DNA from: Planctomycetota bacterium
Lineage (GTDB): Bacteria > Planctomycetota > GCA-002687715 > CAIWVZ01
Assembly (NCBI GenBank): GCA_044222185.1
Contig: JBGANV010000002.1
Coordinates: 352,001-416,000, forward strand
DNA: 64,000 nucleotides
Direction: 5' to 3'
A program made the position numbers and the translations under genes. The notes under the pieces are model-generated. The model did no database searches. It had not been told where the DNA came from and saw only the letters and a program-made list of their open reading frames with translations. Below are positions 37,008-46,370 of this stretch, piece after piece (position 1 is the stretch's first letter; every line of letters starts with the position of its first letter).

Positions 37008-38138
37008 TCAGCTCTCCCAAGCCGCTTCGTAGGCCGCCTCGTAGAGAGGCACGACCAGGTCCGTTCGGAAGCGCGCCACGGCCTTCGCTCGACCCGCTTC
37101 GGAGAACGCGCGCTTCTTCTCCGGATCCGAGAGCATGTCCGCGAGCCGTCTCGCCATGGCGTCGACGTCTCCGAGCGGCTCGAGGATGCCGTCGACCCCA
37201 TCCGTAACGACCTCCGGCAGACCGCCGGCGCGAGCGCCGACGACGGGCACGCCGCAAGACAACGCCTCGAGCGCGGCCAGGCCGAACGATTCACCCGCAG
37301 ACGGCAGAAGCAGCGCGTCGGCAGCCGCGAGCGCATTCTCGACCGCCGTCACGGCACCGACCATCGTCACGCGATCGAGGACGCCCAGTTGCTCAGCCGT
37401 GCGCTCGGCGAGGACGCGGTCAGGCCCATCACCGACCATCACGAGCCGCGTCGGATGTCGCTCGTTCACCTTGGCGAAGATGCGGACGACGTCGCCGACT
37501 CTCTTCACGGGGCGAAAGTTCGACACGTGGATGAGCTTCCATTCGCCCTCCGGCGCGAAGCACTTCCGCCACTCGGATGCGAGGTTCGGGTTGAACCGTT
37601 CCGTGTCGACGAAATTCGGGATCGCGCGAACGTTGCATCCCCGACAGATCTGCTCTTCCGTCTCCACTCGCAGGAACTCGGACACAGCAGTGACGGCGTC
37701 CGCCTTCTGCAACGCGAACCTCGTGATGGGGCGATAGGCGGGATCGGAACCGATCAGCGTGATGTCGGTTCCATGCAACGTCGTCACGACGCGCACGCGC
37801 TCACGCCCGACGATCTCGCGGGCGAGGAATGCAGCGATGCTGTGTGGAATCGCGTAGTGCGCGTGGAGGATGTCGAGGCCGTAGCGGTACGTGATGTCCG
37901 ACAGTCGACTCGAGAGAGCCATCACGAACGGTGGGTACTTGAAGAGCGGGTAGTCGGAGACGTCCACCTCGTGGAAGTAAAGCCCCTTGCTGATCCCCAT
38001 GCGGGCCGGGCTGTCGTACGAAACGACGTGAACCTCGTGCCCGCGCGCCGCGAGTGCGGACGCGAGCTCGACGGCAACGGTGCCCGAGCCGCCGATCGTC
38101 GGGTAACAGGAGATGCCGATCTTCAGCTTGCGGCTCAT
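37008..38138 (-). CDS. bshA: N-acetyl-alpha-D-glucosaminyl L-malate synthase
   Basis: IGISCYPTIGGSG, YPLFKYPP, HAHYAIPH, TTLHGTDIT, HVSNFRPVKR and ESFGLAALEA. Confidence 0.95.
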   Translation of the reverse strand: MSRKLKIGISCYPTIGGSGTVAVELASALAARGHEVHVVSYDSPARMGISKGLYFHEVDVSDYPLFKYPPFVMALSSRLSDITYRYGLDILHAHYAIPHSIAAFLAREIVGRERVRVVTTLHGTDITLIGSDPAYRPITRFALQKADAVTAVSEFLRVETEEQICRGCNVRAIPNFVDTERFNPNLASEWRKCFAPEGEWKLIHVSNFRPVKRVGDVVRIFAKVNERHPTRLVMVGDGPDRVLAERTAEQLGVLDRVTMVGAVTAVENALAAADALLLPSAGESFGLAALEALSCGVPVVGARAGGLPEVVTDGVDGILEPLGDVDAMARRLADMLSDPEKKRAFSEAGRAKAVARFRTDLVVPLYEAAYEAAWES

Positions 38139-38881
38139 CCGGGTGTCTTCGTCTTCGGGTAGTAGCCGAAGTCTTCGAATTGGGCGACGGGATCTTCGAC
38201 GCGGAGCGGCGTCGCGACGTGGAATGGTTCGCCGAACCCGGCCCCGACCATGTTGCCGTAATGACGCGCACGACCTTCCCACCAGTCCCAGAATCGCGAG
38301 CTCGAGATGTAGGTCGCCGGCTCGGTCGACGCCGGGTCGAAGAACTGACTTCGATAGGCGAGGCAGGCTTCTTTCTTCCGCGCGAAGTGCGGCGTGATGT
38401 CGACGACGAACGATGGCGGGAACTGCGTGTGTGACGCGTACTCGAGGACGGCCCGCGGCCGATGAGCCGCTCCGCTCGCGTTCCACTTCCTGATCCCCGA
38501 GAGAAACGCAGCGTCGTGAATGATCCGGGCGGCGTGGGCGTGATCGGGATGGAGATCGTCCGTTCGCGGCGCGAGCACGATCGTCGGCTTGAAGCGCCTG
38601 ATGACCTCGACGACGCGACGGCGCGAGTCGTCGTTCAGCAGTACGCCTCCGTCCGGGAGCTCGAGATTGACGCGCGTCTCGACGCCGAGGAGACGTGCCG
38701 CCTCCCGGGCCTCACGCTCCCGAATCTCGGGAGTGCCGCGCGTGCCGAGTTCCCCGCGCGTGCAGTCGACGATCACGACGGATCGCCCACGGGCGATCAT
38801 GCCCAAGATGGTCCCGCCCACTCCCAGTTCGACGTCATCGGGATGCGCTCCGAACGCGAGCACGTCGGCCGTCTCAGCCAT
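38135..38881 (-). CDS. bshB1: Bacillithiol biosynthesis deacetylase
   Basis: AFGAHPDDVELG, GELGTRGT, HPDH, AYRSQF and GEPF. Confidence 0.93.
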   Translation of the reverse strand: MAETADVLAFGAHPDDVELGVGGTILGMIARGRSVVIVDCTRGELGTRGTPEIREREAREAARLLGVETRVNLELPDGGVLLNDDSRRRVVEVIRRFKPTIVLAPRTDDLHPDHAHAARIIHDAAFLSGIRKWNASGAAHRPRAVLEYASHTQFPPSFVVDITPHFARKKEACLAYRSQFFDPASTEPATYISSSRFWDWWEGRARHYGNMVGAGFGEPFHVATPLRVEDPVAQFEDFGYYPKTKTPG

Positions 38882-40469
38882 CGGTCTGATCCTCCTGTTC
38901 GAGCGTGCAGACGACGTGGCGCGAATCGAACGGGTCCAGCGTTTCGAGCCACCGTCGGATGGCCGGAAGTCGGGCGCGTGTCAGCAGCGAGAGGATGGAG
39001 ATCATCCGGTCCTGCGGCTTGCCCTTCGGATGGACCCAATCCGACAACCTGCCGCGGCGGCCCTGGTCGACTCCGGCCTCGCGCTCGCGGTCCTTGCGGA
39101 AGGTCTCCTCGAGCTTCTCCAGCGATTGCCGCGTCCGCTGCCACCATCCGTCGACCGCGCGCTGGAGCGGTTCGTTGCCTGCCGCCGCGGCCAACCCTTC
39201 GCGCGCCGTTTCATTCAGCTCGCGGGCGCGCCCGAACGCAGGAGGGAGCACGGTGTCCGCAGATACGGGCCACTGCTGCGGGTCATCGAGCAGTTTGGCG
39301 CCGTGCAATCCGAGTCGAACGCGAAGCTCCGCGTCCTTCGGCCCGAGCACGGTCGACGCAGGACGCTGGAGGATCACAGGAAGTGGTTGATCGAACGCGC
39401 GGAAGAGTGACGGGAACTGGGCGAAGTACGCGACCTCGGCCGGTCCGCCGATCTGCGCGACGACGGGCAGGATCATCTGCTGAACGATGGGTCTCAGCTG
39501 CACGTTGGTCGAGAAACCGGCAGGTCGTGAGTCGAGGCGGCCGAGCAGTTCGGAGGTCGAATACTCACCCTGACCCTCGATCGTCCACTTCGCACCAGAC
39601 CGGATCCTGCGACGCACGCCGTCGTCGTCGACCCAGAACAGCATGCTCGCCTCGGCCGGTTGGATCTGCGGCTCCATTCCGTGCGAGACGAGGCTCTGCG
39701 TGTCCCCCATGAACGCCTCGTGCAAGGTCTGTGGATCCGTGACTGCGCGGCGGATCACGGGCGTCACGAGGGATCGAAACCAGAACGGTTCCGCGATGAG
39801 AAGGTCTGTGTCCGCGAAGACGTGTGCCACGATTCGGGATGTCCACGCGGCGAAGTTCTCACCACTCCGCGGACGCAGCACCGCTGCCTCGAGGGTGGAG
39901 TCGAGCTGCAACTGGCGGAGGATCTCCTCCGCAAAGGCGACGACGCCTTCGTCCAACGGGATGAGTCCGAGACAGCGCCCGAGATCCTCGATGGGAGCGC
40001 GAAGCCTGTGAACTCCATCGGCCTTGGGCAGCTCGAGTCGATTCGTCTCCTCGAGGTCGTGATCCTCCGACTGATTCCAGAAGACGGGCACGACGGGTCG
40101 GTGCAGCTCCCGTGCCAGGCGACGGGAAAGCTGCACTGCTCCGGCGACCTTCTCCAACGTGAACAATGGACCGCCGAAGAGACCAGGCTGCTGCCCCGTG
40201 ATCACGACCAGTGCGTCGCGGTGCGCCAGCATCTGCACGCGCCGCTCTGCGCCATCGCCGAAGAGTTTCGTGTTCTCGAGCAAGAACGTCGCGCAGACAC
40301 GTTCACGCATCGTCCCGTCGAACGCGACTTCGGATGCAACCTCGCGAATGCCGTCGAGGGAGGATGGTCTGGGATAGTGGCGAGCGATCCACGACTCCGT
40401 TCTCGTCACGGCAAGCCGTGACAACGGGTGCCCGAATGGACGCGGGTGCTCCAATCGCTCGATCTTCAA
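38874..40469 (-). CDS. bshC: Bacillithiol cysteine-adding enzyme
   Basis: ITGQQPGLFGGP, FWNQSEDHD, NVQLRP…Q…LP…IGGPAEVAYFAQ and HPKGKPQDR. Confidence 0.92.
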   Translation of the reverse strand: MKIERLEHPRPFGHPLSRLAVTRTESWIARHYPRPSSLDGIREVASEVAFDGTMRERVCATFLLENTKLFGDGAERRVQMLAHRDALVVITGQQPGLFGGPLFTLEKVAGAVQLSRRLARELHRPVVPVFWNQSEDHDLEETNRLELPKADGVHRLRAPIEDLGRCLGLIPLDEGVVAFAEEILRQLQLDSTLEAAVLRPRSGENFAAWTSRIVAHVFADTDLLIAEPFWFRSLVTPVIRRAVTDPQTLHEAFMGDTQSLVSHGMEPQIQPAEASMLFWVDDDGVRRRIRSGAKWTIEGQGEYSTSELLGRLDSRPAGFSTNVQLRPIVQQMILPVVAQIGGPAEVAYFAQFPSLFRAFDQPLPVILQRPASTVLGPKDAELRVRLGLHGAKLLDDPQQWPVSADTVLPPAFGRARELNETAREGLAAAAGNEPLQRAVDGWWQRTRQSLEKLEETFRKDREREAGVDQGRRGRLSDWVHPKGKPQDRMISILSLLTRARLPAIRRWLETLDPFDSRHVVCTLEQEDQTDG

Positions 40470-41215
40470 CAGGCCTTCTCCGCGACGAGGATGAGACGAT
40501 CGCCACGCTCGACCGGCCGACCATCGAAACCGCCGGACCGGCGGAGAATTCGGAGGTCCGCGCGCGACATCATCTCGGTGATCTCCGTTTCGTTGAACAC
40601 GCGGACGTTCTCCTCGTGCTGGTGAACGACGACGCCTTCACCGTTCGTCACGACCACGGACTTTCGCACGCGGAAACCATCCCACGTTCGGGCGGCCGTC
40701 ACCGTGAACCCATCGCGGACGTCGTGCGATCGTGGAACGAGACTCCGTTCCAGAACCGTGGCATTTGGAAGGTCCATGAGCAGCCGACCCGCACCGCGCA
40801 GGACGCGCGCCATCTCGAGCAAGGCCGCAGCGTTCTCTGCGTCGGTCTCGAAGTAGCCGAACGACGTGAAGAAGCTCAGTACGTGATCGAACGTCGCTGC
40901 CGAGAATGGAAGCCGCCGTTGATCGGCGCGCACCAGATTGCGACTGCCACGATTCGACGCCTCCTCGATCAGCTGGGGCGAGAGATCCACGCCGACCGCA
41001 CATTCACTGTGTCGCTGCAGCGGGCGGAGGTGCCGGCCCATCCCGCAGCAGAGGTCGAGACATCGAGACGTCGGCTCGATGCCGAGCCATTTCACTGCGA
41101 CGTCGACTTCTGCCGCCGCCGTGGCCTCGTCGCGATGCGCGTACAGAGTCCCGTACCAGGCGCCGAACGCCTCCACGTACCAGGGCTGACGGGTTTTCGC
41201 GTCTGGCTCTTTCAT
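40466..41215 (-). CDS. Class I SAM-dependent methyltransferase (candidate bacillithiol N-methyltransferase)
   Basis: LDLCCGMGRH, GVDLS and FFTSFGYF; its stop codon overlaps the bshC start. Confidence 0.88.
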   Translation of the reverse strand: MKEPDAKTRQPWYVEAFGAWYGTLYAHRDEATAAAEVDVAVKWLGIEPTSRCLDLCCGMGRHLRPLQRHSECAVGVDLSPQLIEEASNRGSRNLVRADQRRLPFSAATFDHVLSFFTSFGYFETDAENAAALLEMARVLRGAGRLLMDLPNATVLERSLVPRSHDVRDGFTVTAARTWDGFRVRKSVVVTNGEGVVVHQHEENVRVFNETEITEMMSRADLRILRRSGGFDGRPVERGDRLILVAEKAC

Positions 41216-41243
41216 CGGGTCGCGATCCGTTGAACGCCGCCGA

Positions 41244-42176
41244 TCACCGGTCAATTCGCCGGCCCCCGAGGGCTCTGGCAAGGTCGTCTCGAGCCTTCAC
41301 GGCGGCGCTCCGAATCTCCGACTTCCATTCGCCGGACGCTGGTGGCGACGCGCCCCATGGGAAAGTCACCGATCGACTCGCGTTGACCACGATTCCGAGG
41401 CCCTCCGCGTCAGCGCCGCGGACGACGTCGTCCGCAGTCGCTCCCTGAGCACCGTATCCGGGCACGAGGAACCAGGTGTGCGGCATGGCAGATCGGAGCT
41501 CCTCGAGCTGCCGCGGATGCGTGGCCCCGACCACTGCGCCGACGGCGCCGTAGCGACCGCCAGAGGTGGAAGCCGATGCCGCCTTCTCCACGTCCTGTGC
41601 GACGATCCGGTACAGAGGCAACTCGCCGACGAGGCGATCCTGATAATCGGCGGACGAAGGGTTGCTCGTCTTCACCAGAACGAAGACACCACCGCCATGG
41701 CGTGTCGCCTGGTCATAGAAAGGCTTGAGTCCGTCGATCCCGAGGTAGGGATTGACGGTCACGCAATCCGCCATCGGGGGTTTCCCTCCAACCGGAGCCA
41801 GGTACGCCCGCGCGTAGGCCTCGGCCGTCGTTCCGATGTCCCCTCTCTTGATGTCGGCAATCACGGGAAGGCCCAACTCCCGAGCCGCGCGGCAGACCCG
41901 CACGAACGCCACGTAACCATCCTCGAGCAAATCCTCGAAGAACGCCGCCTGCGGCTTCACGGCGATGCACGTCTCGGCGACCAGTTCCAGCACCGCGATG
42001 CTGAACTTCTCGAATGCGACCGCGACCTCCTTCGGCGAGAGGTTCTCGGTCGGAACATGCGCGGGAAGAAAGATCCGCGGGATGGACTCGCGGCGCGGGT
42101 CGAGACCCACGCACAGGACGCTGTCCTTCTTGCGGACGTTCGCAATCAGACGGGACGGGAAGTCTGGAGTGTTCAT
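41244..42176 (-). CDS. pyrF: Orotidine-5'-phosphate decarboxylase (subfamily 2)
   Basis: LCVGLDP, KPQAAFFE, DIKRGDIGTT, LVKTSNPSS, VVGAT and LVPGYGAQG. Confidence 0.96.
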   Translation of the reverse strand: MNTPDFPSRLIANVRKKDSVLCVGLDPRRESIPRIFLPAHVPTENLSPKEVAVAFEKFSIAVLELVAETCIAVKPQAAFFEDLLEDGYVAFVRVCRAARELGLPVIADIKRGDIGTTAEAYARAYLAPVGGKPPMADCVTVNPYLGIDGLKPFYDQATRHGGGVFVLVKTSNPSSADYQDRLVGELPLYRIVAQDVEKAASASTSGGRYGAVGAVVGATHPRQLEELRSAMPHTWFLVPGYGAQGATADDVVRGADAEGLGIVVNASRSVTFPWGASPPASGEWKSEIRSAAVKARDDLARALGGRRIDR

Positions 42177-42766
42177 CAGAGGCTCAAGAATGCATCGATG
42201 AGATCCACTCCGCAATCCGTCATGAACGACTCCGGGTGGAACTGCAGGCCGAACGTCGGGTGATCCCGATGACGAAAGGACATCAGGAGGTCAGGGCGGC
42301 CCTCGACCCATGCGTCCGCCAGGAGGTCATCAGGCAACGACTCCCTCACGACGCAGAGTGAGTGATACCGCGCGACGATCGCGTCCTTGCCGACGTTCCG
42401 GAACAGACCTTCCCCCTTGTGTTCCAGCCGGGAAGTCTTGCCGTGTATCGGATCGACCATGGGTAGGACGCGACCTCCACGAACGTGTGCGATCGTCTGA
42501 TGTCCGAGGCAAACGCCGAGGAGTGGAAGTCTTCCGTCGAACCATCGGATGACCGACGGAACGCACGCGGTCGCCTCGGGTCCCTTCGGCCCGGGCGAGA
42601 TGACGAGGTGCGTCGGCTTCTCCGCCGTGATCCGCTCGACGGTCGACACGTCGTTTCGGATGACCGTCACCGCTGCGCCCCGCGAAGACAGCAGGTGCAC
42701 CAGATTCCAGGTGAAGGAATCGAAGTTGTCGATGAGTACGACCCGCGACGATCTCGTCGTCCTCAT
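42176..42766 (-). CDS. Anthranilate/aminodeoxychorismate synthase glutamine amidotransferase subunit (TrpG/PabA)
   Basis: IDNFDSFTWNL, ISPGP, GVCLGHQ, RYHSL and QFHPES. Confidence 0.95.
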   Translation of the reverse strand: MRTTRSSRVVLIDNFDSFTWNLVHLLSSRGAAVTVIRNDVSTVERITAEKPTHLVISPGPKGPEATACVPSVIRWFDGRLPLLGVCLGHQTIAHVRGGRVLPMVDPIHGKTSRLEHKGEGLFRNVGKDAIVARYHSLCVVRESLPDDLLADAWVEGRPDLLMSFRHRDHPTFGLQFHPESFMTDCGVDLIDAFLSL

Positions 42767-43926
42767 GACGCCCGGTCCACCGCATCCAGGAACGGCATCA
42801 GTATGGAGTCCAGCAGCAGGACGCCTCGGTCCGTCAATGACAACCGACCCTCGCGGAGGATTGCATGACCGGCATCGATCAACCGCTCGACGTGTGTAGA
42901 GGCCAACGTTCGCGCGTCGAAACCGGTCGAAATGGCGAGTGCAGCCAGATCCACACCAACGCGCGTTCGAAGGCCCGTCGAGAGCGTTTCGATGAAATCA
43001 GCGCGCGGATCCAACACGTTCCGATCCTCCGACTGACGGATTCCAGCGCCGACGGCCGTGCTCCAGGAATCCAGCGTCGCGGGATTCTGCGAACGAATGA
43101 CGCCGGCGCGCTCGAAAGCTGCGGGCCCCAAACCAAAGTACGGCTCGTTGCGCCAATAGAACTGGTTGTGAATCGACTCGAAGCCAGCCTTGGCGAAGTT
43201 CGACACCTCATACCAGCGGATACCGCGCGACGAGCACTCGTCGATCGCTGCGAGGAACATCGCGGATGTGATTTCGTCGTCGGGCACCGTGATCCGGTTG
43301 CGGTCGAATGCCCTCTTGAAGGCGGTCTCTGGTTCGATCGTGAGGCAATACAAAGACAGATGCGGGACTTCGAGCGCAAGCGCGCGTCGCAGTTCCAAGC
43401 GCCATTCGTCTTCGGTCTGTCGAGGCAACCCGTACATCAGATCGATCGTGATGTTGCCGACTCCGAAAGCTCGCAACGTCGCGACGGCAGACTCGACCAT
43501 CGACGGAGAGTGGAGTCGGCCGAGCTGCCGCAGTCGAGCGGAGTCGAGGCTTTGAACCCCCAAGCTGACGCGATCCACGCCTTCGTCGCGAAGAGCCGCG
43601 CAGATCTCATCCGTGACGTCCTCCGGGTTGAGTTCGACCGTCCACTCACGAGTCGATTCGCTGCGGACACGCGTGCGGAGGAGGTGGAGCAACTCGAGAA
43701 ACCGCGCCGACGAAAGAGCGGATGGTGTCCCCCCTCCCACGTACAAGCTCTCGAGGTGACGCGGTGGACTGACTGACAGCAGCTCGAGTTCGCATCGGAT
43801 GCCGTCGAGAAAGCGCTTCTGGTTCTCGGCGTTCCGGTGCGGAGTGACGTCGAACGCGCAGTAGGGGCAGATGCGCCTGCAGAACGGGACGTGAAGGTAG
43901 AGAGCCCGCGGTTCCGCCATGGTCAC
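42763..43926 (-). CDS. hemW: Radical SAM heme chaperone HemW (HemN-like)
   Basis: LYLHVPFCRRICPYCAF, GGGTPS, RVSLGVQS, YEVSNF and SIHNQFYW (HNxxYW signature). Confidence 0.9.
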   Translation of the reverse strand: MTMAEPRALYLHVPFCRRICPYCAFDVTPHRNAENQKRFLDGIRCELELLSVSPPRHLESLYVGGGTPSALSSARFLELLHLLRTRVRSESTREWTVELNPEDVTDEICAALRDEGVDRVSLGVQSLDSARLRQLGRLHSPSMVESAVATLRAFGVGNITIDLMYGLPRQTEDEWRLELRRALALEVPHLSLYCLTIEPETAFKRAFDRNRITVPDDEITSAMFLAAIDECSSRGIRWYEVSNFAKAGFESIHNQFYWRNEPYFGLGPAAFERAGVIRSQNPATLDSWSTAVGAGIRQSEDRNVLDPRADFIETLSTGLRTRVGVDLAALAISTGFDARTLASTHVERLIDAGHAILREGRLSLTDRGVLLLDSILMPFLDAVDRAS

Positions 43927-44015
43927 GACGATCGTCGGCGACTGTAGCAGCTGCAGCGCGCTGTGGAGCGGACGCCGAAGCGGCCGCCCTCGCTTCCCGA
44001 CCGCACAGGCATGAG

Positions 44016-44341
44016 AACGCTAGTGTCTGTTCATCACCGTCATCAGACACCGCGTTGCGTTGTGACTAGCCGACCGGGGAGAGTTGGAAACGCCTGCCAG
44101 GACGGACGTTTCGGCGCAGCCGGCGGAACTTTAAACACCAGGGAGGCTCGGAACCGGGCGTGGAGGGAACGGGCTTTCTCGACATCGAGGTCGAGCGAAG
44201 CCCAGGTTCCCAGACGAGAAGTGTGGTCACGAGACCCAGGATTCTCGATTGGACTGACCGTGCGTCCAGCGAATCGAACAGTCCCAACACCCACGATCTG
44301 GCCGCGGGCGCTCCGCGACGACCAGATCTCATCGGGTGTTG
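44016..44341 (-). ncRNA. Candidate structured RNA (five consecutive long hairpins) downstream of the sigma factor
   Basis: Stems read by eye at 44285-44341, 44244-44278, 44165-44211, 44070-44126 and 44016-44056. Several mismatches become G-U pairs on the minus strand. No known family recognised. Confidence 0.4.
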
Positions 44342-44363
44342 CGTTGTGGAAAGGCGGGCAGGG

Positions 44364-45170
44364 TCAGCCGCTCAGGATCAGACTGAGCTTCCGAAGCGCT
44401 TCGTTCTCGATCTGCCGGACGCGTTCGCGGGTCAGGTCCACGCGTTGGCCGATCTCCTTGAGCGTCAAGGGTTCTTCCCCGCTGAGGCCGTAGCGGAGCT
44501 GGAGAATCGTGGACTCGCGCTCGTCCATGGTGGCGAGGAGCTCGCGGAGTTTCTCCAGCTGGTTTCGCTCGAGAATGATGGCTTCGGGCGAGGCCTGCCG
44601 GCGGTCCGTCAGCTGTTCACTCTCTCCCGATTCCCACTCGATCGGAACGGGCTGGCTGCTGCTGGAGGTGGTCTCGATCGCGCGTTGGATCGCTGGGATG
44701 TTCTTTCGCGGAACCTCCATGGCGTCGGCGAGCTCTTCCATGGACGGAGCCCGACCCAGGGTGTCCGACAGCGCGAGCTGTGCGGAATGGAGCCGCCCGA
44801 TGAGTTCGACCATGTAGGACGGGATCCGCACGGTCTTGGCGCTGTTGATGAGGCTTCTGCGGATCGACTGCTTGATCCACCAGGTGGCGTAGGTGGAGAA
44901 CCGGAAGCCGGCGTCCGGATCGAATTTCTCGACCGCCTTGAGCAGACCGAGATTCCCCTCCTCGATCAGATCCATGAAGCCGAGGCCGCGATTGACGTAG
45001 CGCTTCGCAATACTCACCACGAGCCGGAGGTTGGCGCAGATCATCTGCTCGCGCGCTTCCGGGTCGCCGTTGCGGATGCGCGTCGCGAGGGCGATTTCTT
45101 CGGCCGCGGACAGGAGATCGATCTCATTGATCTCGCTGAGATAGATGTCGAGCGTGCCTTCGGAAGCGAT
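44364..45170 (-). CDS. RNA polymerase sigma-70 factor (RpoD/RpoS-like, lacking region 1.1); non-canonical start inferred
   Basis: Region 1.2 LDIYLSEINEIDLLSAAEE, region 2 NLRLVVSIAKRY…DLIEEGNLGL…FSTYATWWIKQ, region 4 TLKEIG…LTRERVRQIE. Confidence 0.92.
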   Translation of the reverse strand: MASEGTLDIYLSEINEIDLLSAAEEIALATRIRNGDPEAREQMICANLRLVVSIAKRYVNRGLGFMDLIEEGNLGLLKAVEKFDPDAGFRFSTYATWWIKQSIRRSLINSAKTVRIPSYMVELIGRLHSAQLALSDTLGRAPSMEELADAMEVPRKNIPAIQRAIETTSSSSQPVPIEWESGESEQLTDRRQASPEAIILERNQLEKLRELLATMDERESTILQLRYGLSGEEPLTLKEIGQRVDLTRERVRQIENEALRKLSLILSG

Positions 45171-45224
45171 GACCGTCCCCTCCCAGCGAAGAGAATCCCC
45201 GAGGCTCGGGCGGGTGCGACCGGA

Positions 45225-46259
45225 TCAGCGTTTGCGCAGGCGACGGATGGCCGACCAGACGGTCCTGCCCATGATCCAAAGGTCGAGTCCAGGCGTCCAT
45301 GCGCGGATGTAGAGCCGGTCCAACGCGAGACGGCGGCGGATCGAGGTGTTCCCGATCATGCCGCTGACCTGCGCCAGACCCGTCAACCCGGCATGGACTG
45401 CGAGCCTCTCCCCGTACATCGGCACGTCTTTGGAGAAGACTTCAACGAATTCCGGGCGTTCGGGGCGCGGTCCCACGAAGCTCATGTCGCCGTTGAGGAT
45501 GTTCCAGAGCTGAGGGGTCTCATCCAGCCAGAACCGCCGAAGGAACCGACCGATTCGCGTGATCCGTGGGTCATCGTCCAGCGGCCAGACGGCCTTGTTC
45601 GCCGGCTCGGCGTCCCGAACCATCGACCGCAACTTCCAGATGCGAAACGGGCGCCCGCCGATCGTGAGGCGCACCTGGCTGTAGAACACGGGGCGTCCCC
45701 CCGTGAGCCAGACGACCAAGCTCAGCACGCCGATGAGGGGGATCACCAACGGAGCGAGAACGAGGCATCCGACGAGGTCGACCGTCCGTTTGGTCGCGCG
45801 CGCCATCGGATGGTCGAGCACGCACGCAGGCGCGGTGACGCGGCCCGGCTTGAGCGCCCGCAGAAGGAGTTGGCCCGGCAGCGGCGCGAGGACGAGGGCC
45901 ATGACCGTCCGCAGGTCGATCGCCTGATGCGTGGCGCAGCCGACGAGAAACACGATCGAACCAGCGATTGCGACCGCGAGGCACCAGGCGGAAACCAGAA
46001 CGCCCGGATGTCCGAGCGGTGGTCGCAGGCCCAGGCGCAGCCACGTCAGCGCCACGAGCCCGGCGATCACCGCGATCCAGCGATGATCACCGACCGCACC
46101 GCACCAGATGGCGGCAGCGTCGAGCAGAAGCGCGGGGACAAGCAGCGAGTGCAACGTCGTGCGGGAGATCTCTCCCCTTCTCCGTTCGGCGAGCCGCTTC
46201 CGCGACCGCTTGGGGCGGACTGTAACGGCCGAGTTTGCCTCGACAAACGGGCCGCGCAC
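45225..46259 (-). CDS. Polyprenyl-phosphate sugar transferase (Bac_transf, WcaJ/WbaP-like); start approximate
   Basis: TM segments, then KRTVD, GRPFRIWKLRSM, DDPRITRIGRFLR, LDETPQLWNIL…MSFVGPRPE and GLTGLAQV. Confidence 0.9.
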   Translation of the reverse strand: MRGPFVEANSAVTVRPKRSRKRLAERRRGEISRTTLHSLLVPALLLDAAAIWCGAVGDHRWIAVIAGLVALTWLRLGLRPPLGHPGVLVSAWCLAVAIAGSIVFLVGCATHQAIDLRTVMALVLAPLPGQLLLRALKPGRVTAPACVLDHPMARATKRTVDLVGCLVLAPLVIPLIGVLSLVVWLTGGRPVFYSQVRLTIGGRPFRIWKLRSMVRDAEPANKAVWPLDDDPRITRIGRFLRRFWLDETPQLWNILNGDMSFVGPRPERPEFVEVFSKDVPMYGERLAVHAGLTGLAQVSGMIGNTSIRRRLALDRLYIRAWTPGLDLWIMGRTVWSAIRRLRKR

Positions 46260-46370
46260 GCGCGTTGCCCTGCCATTCTCAGCGCGTATAGTCCGCGCGC
46301 TCTGCGCGGATGGTCGCTCGAGCCCGGGCCCAGGAACGTCGTTCGCGAGCGCCGCGCCAGACACACGACA

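Noticed and set aside
44127-44150. TCCCTGGTGTT (minus strand) resembling some 6S RNA 5' ends
   Set aside because: I could not find the complementary 3' end or the single long rod with central bubble, so it is not called 6S.
45171-45227. Selenocysteine or stop read-through fusing the sugar transferase to the sigma factor
   Set aside because: Same frame, but no convincing SECIS, and a strong SD precedes the ATC; separate initiation is simpler.
44160-46370. N-terminal 737 aa of the 1181-aa ORF as a giant HPr fusion
   Set aside because: It is antisense to the sigma factor and sugar transferase; protein-like sequence starts at ATG 46371.
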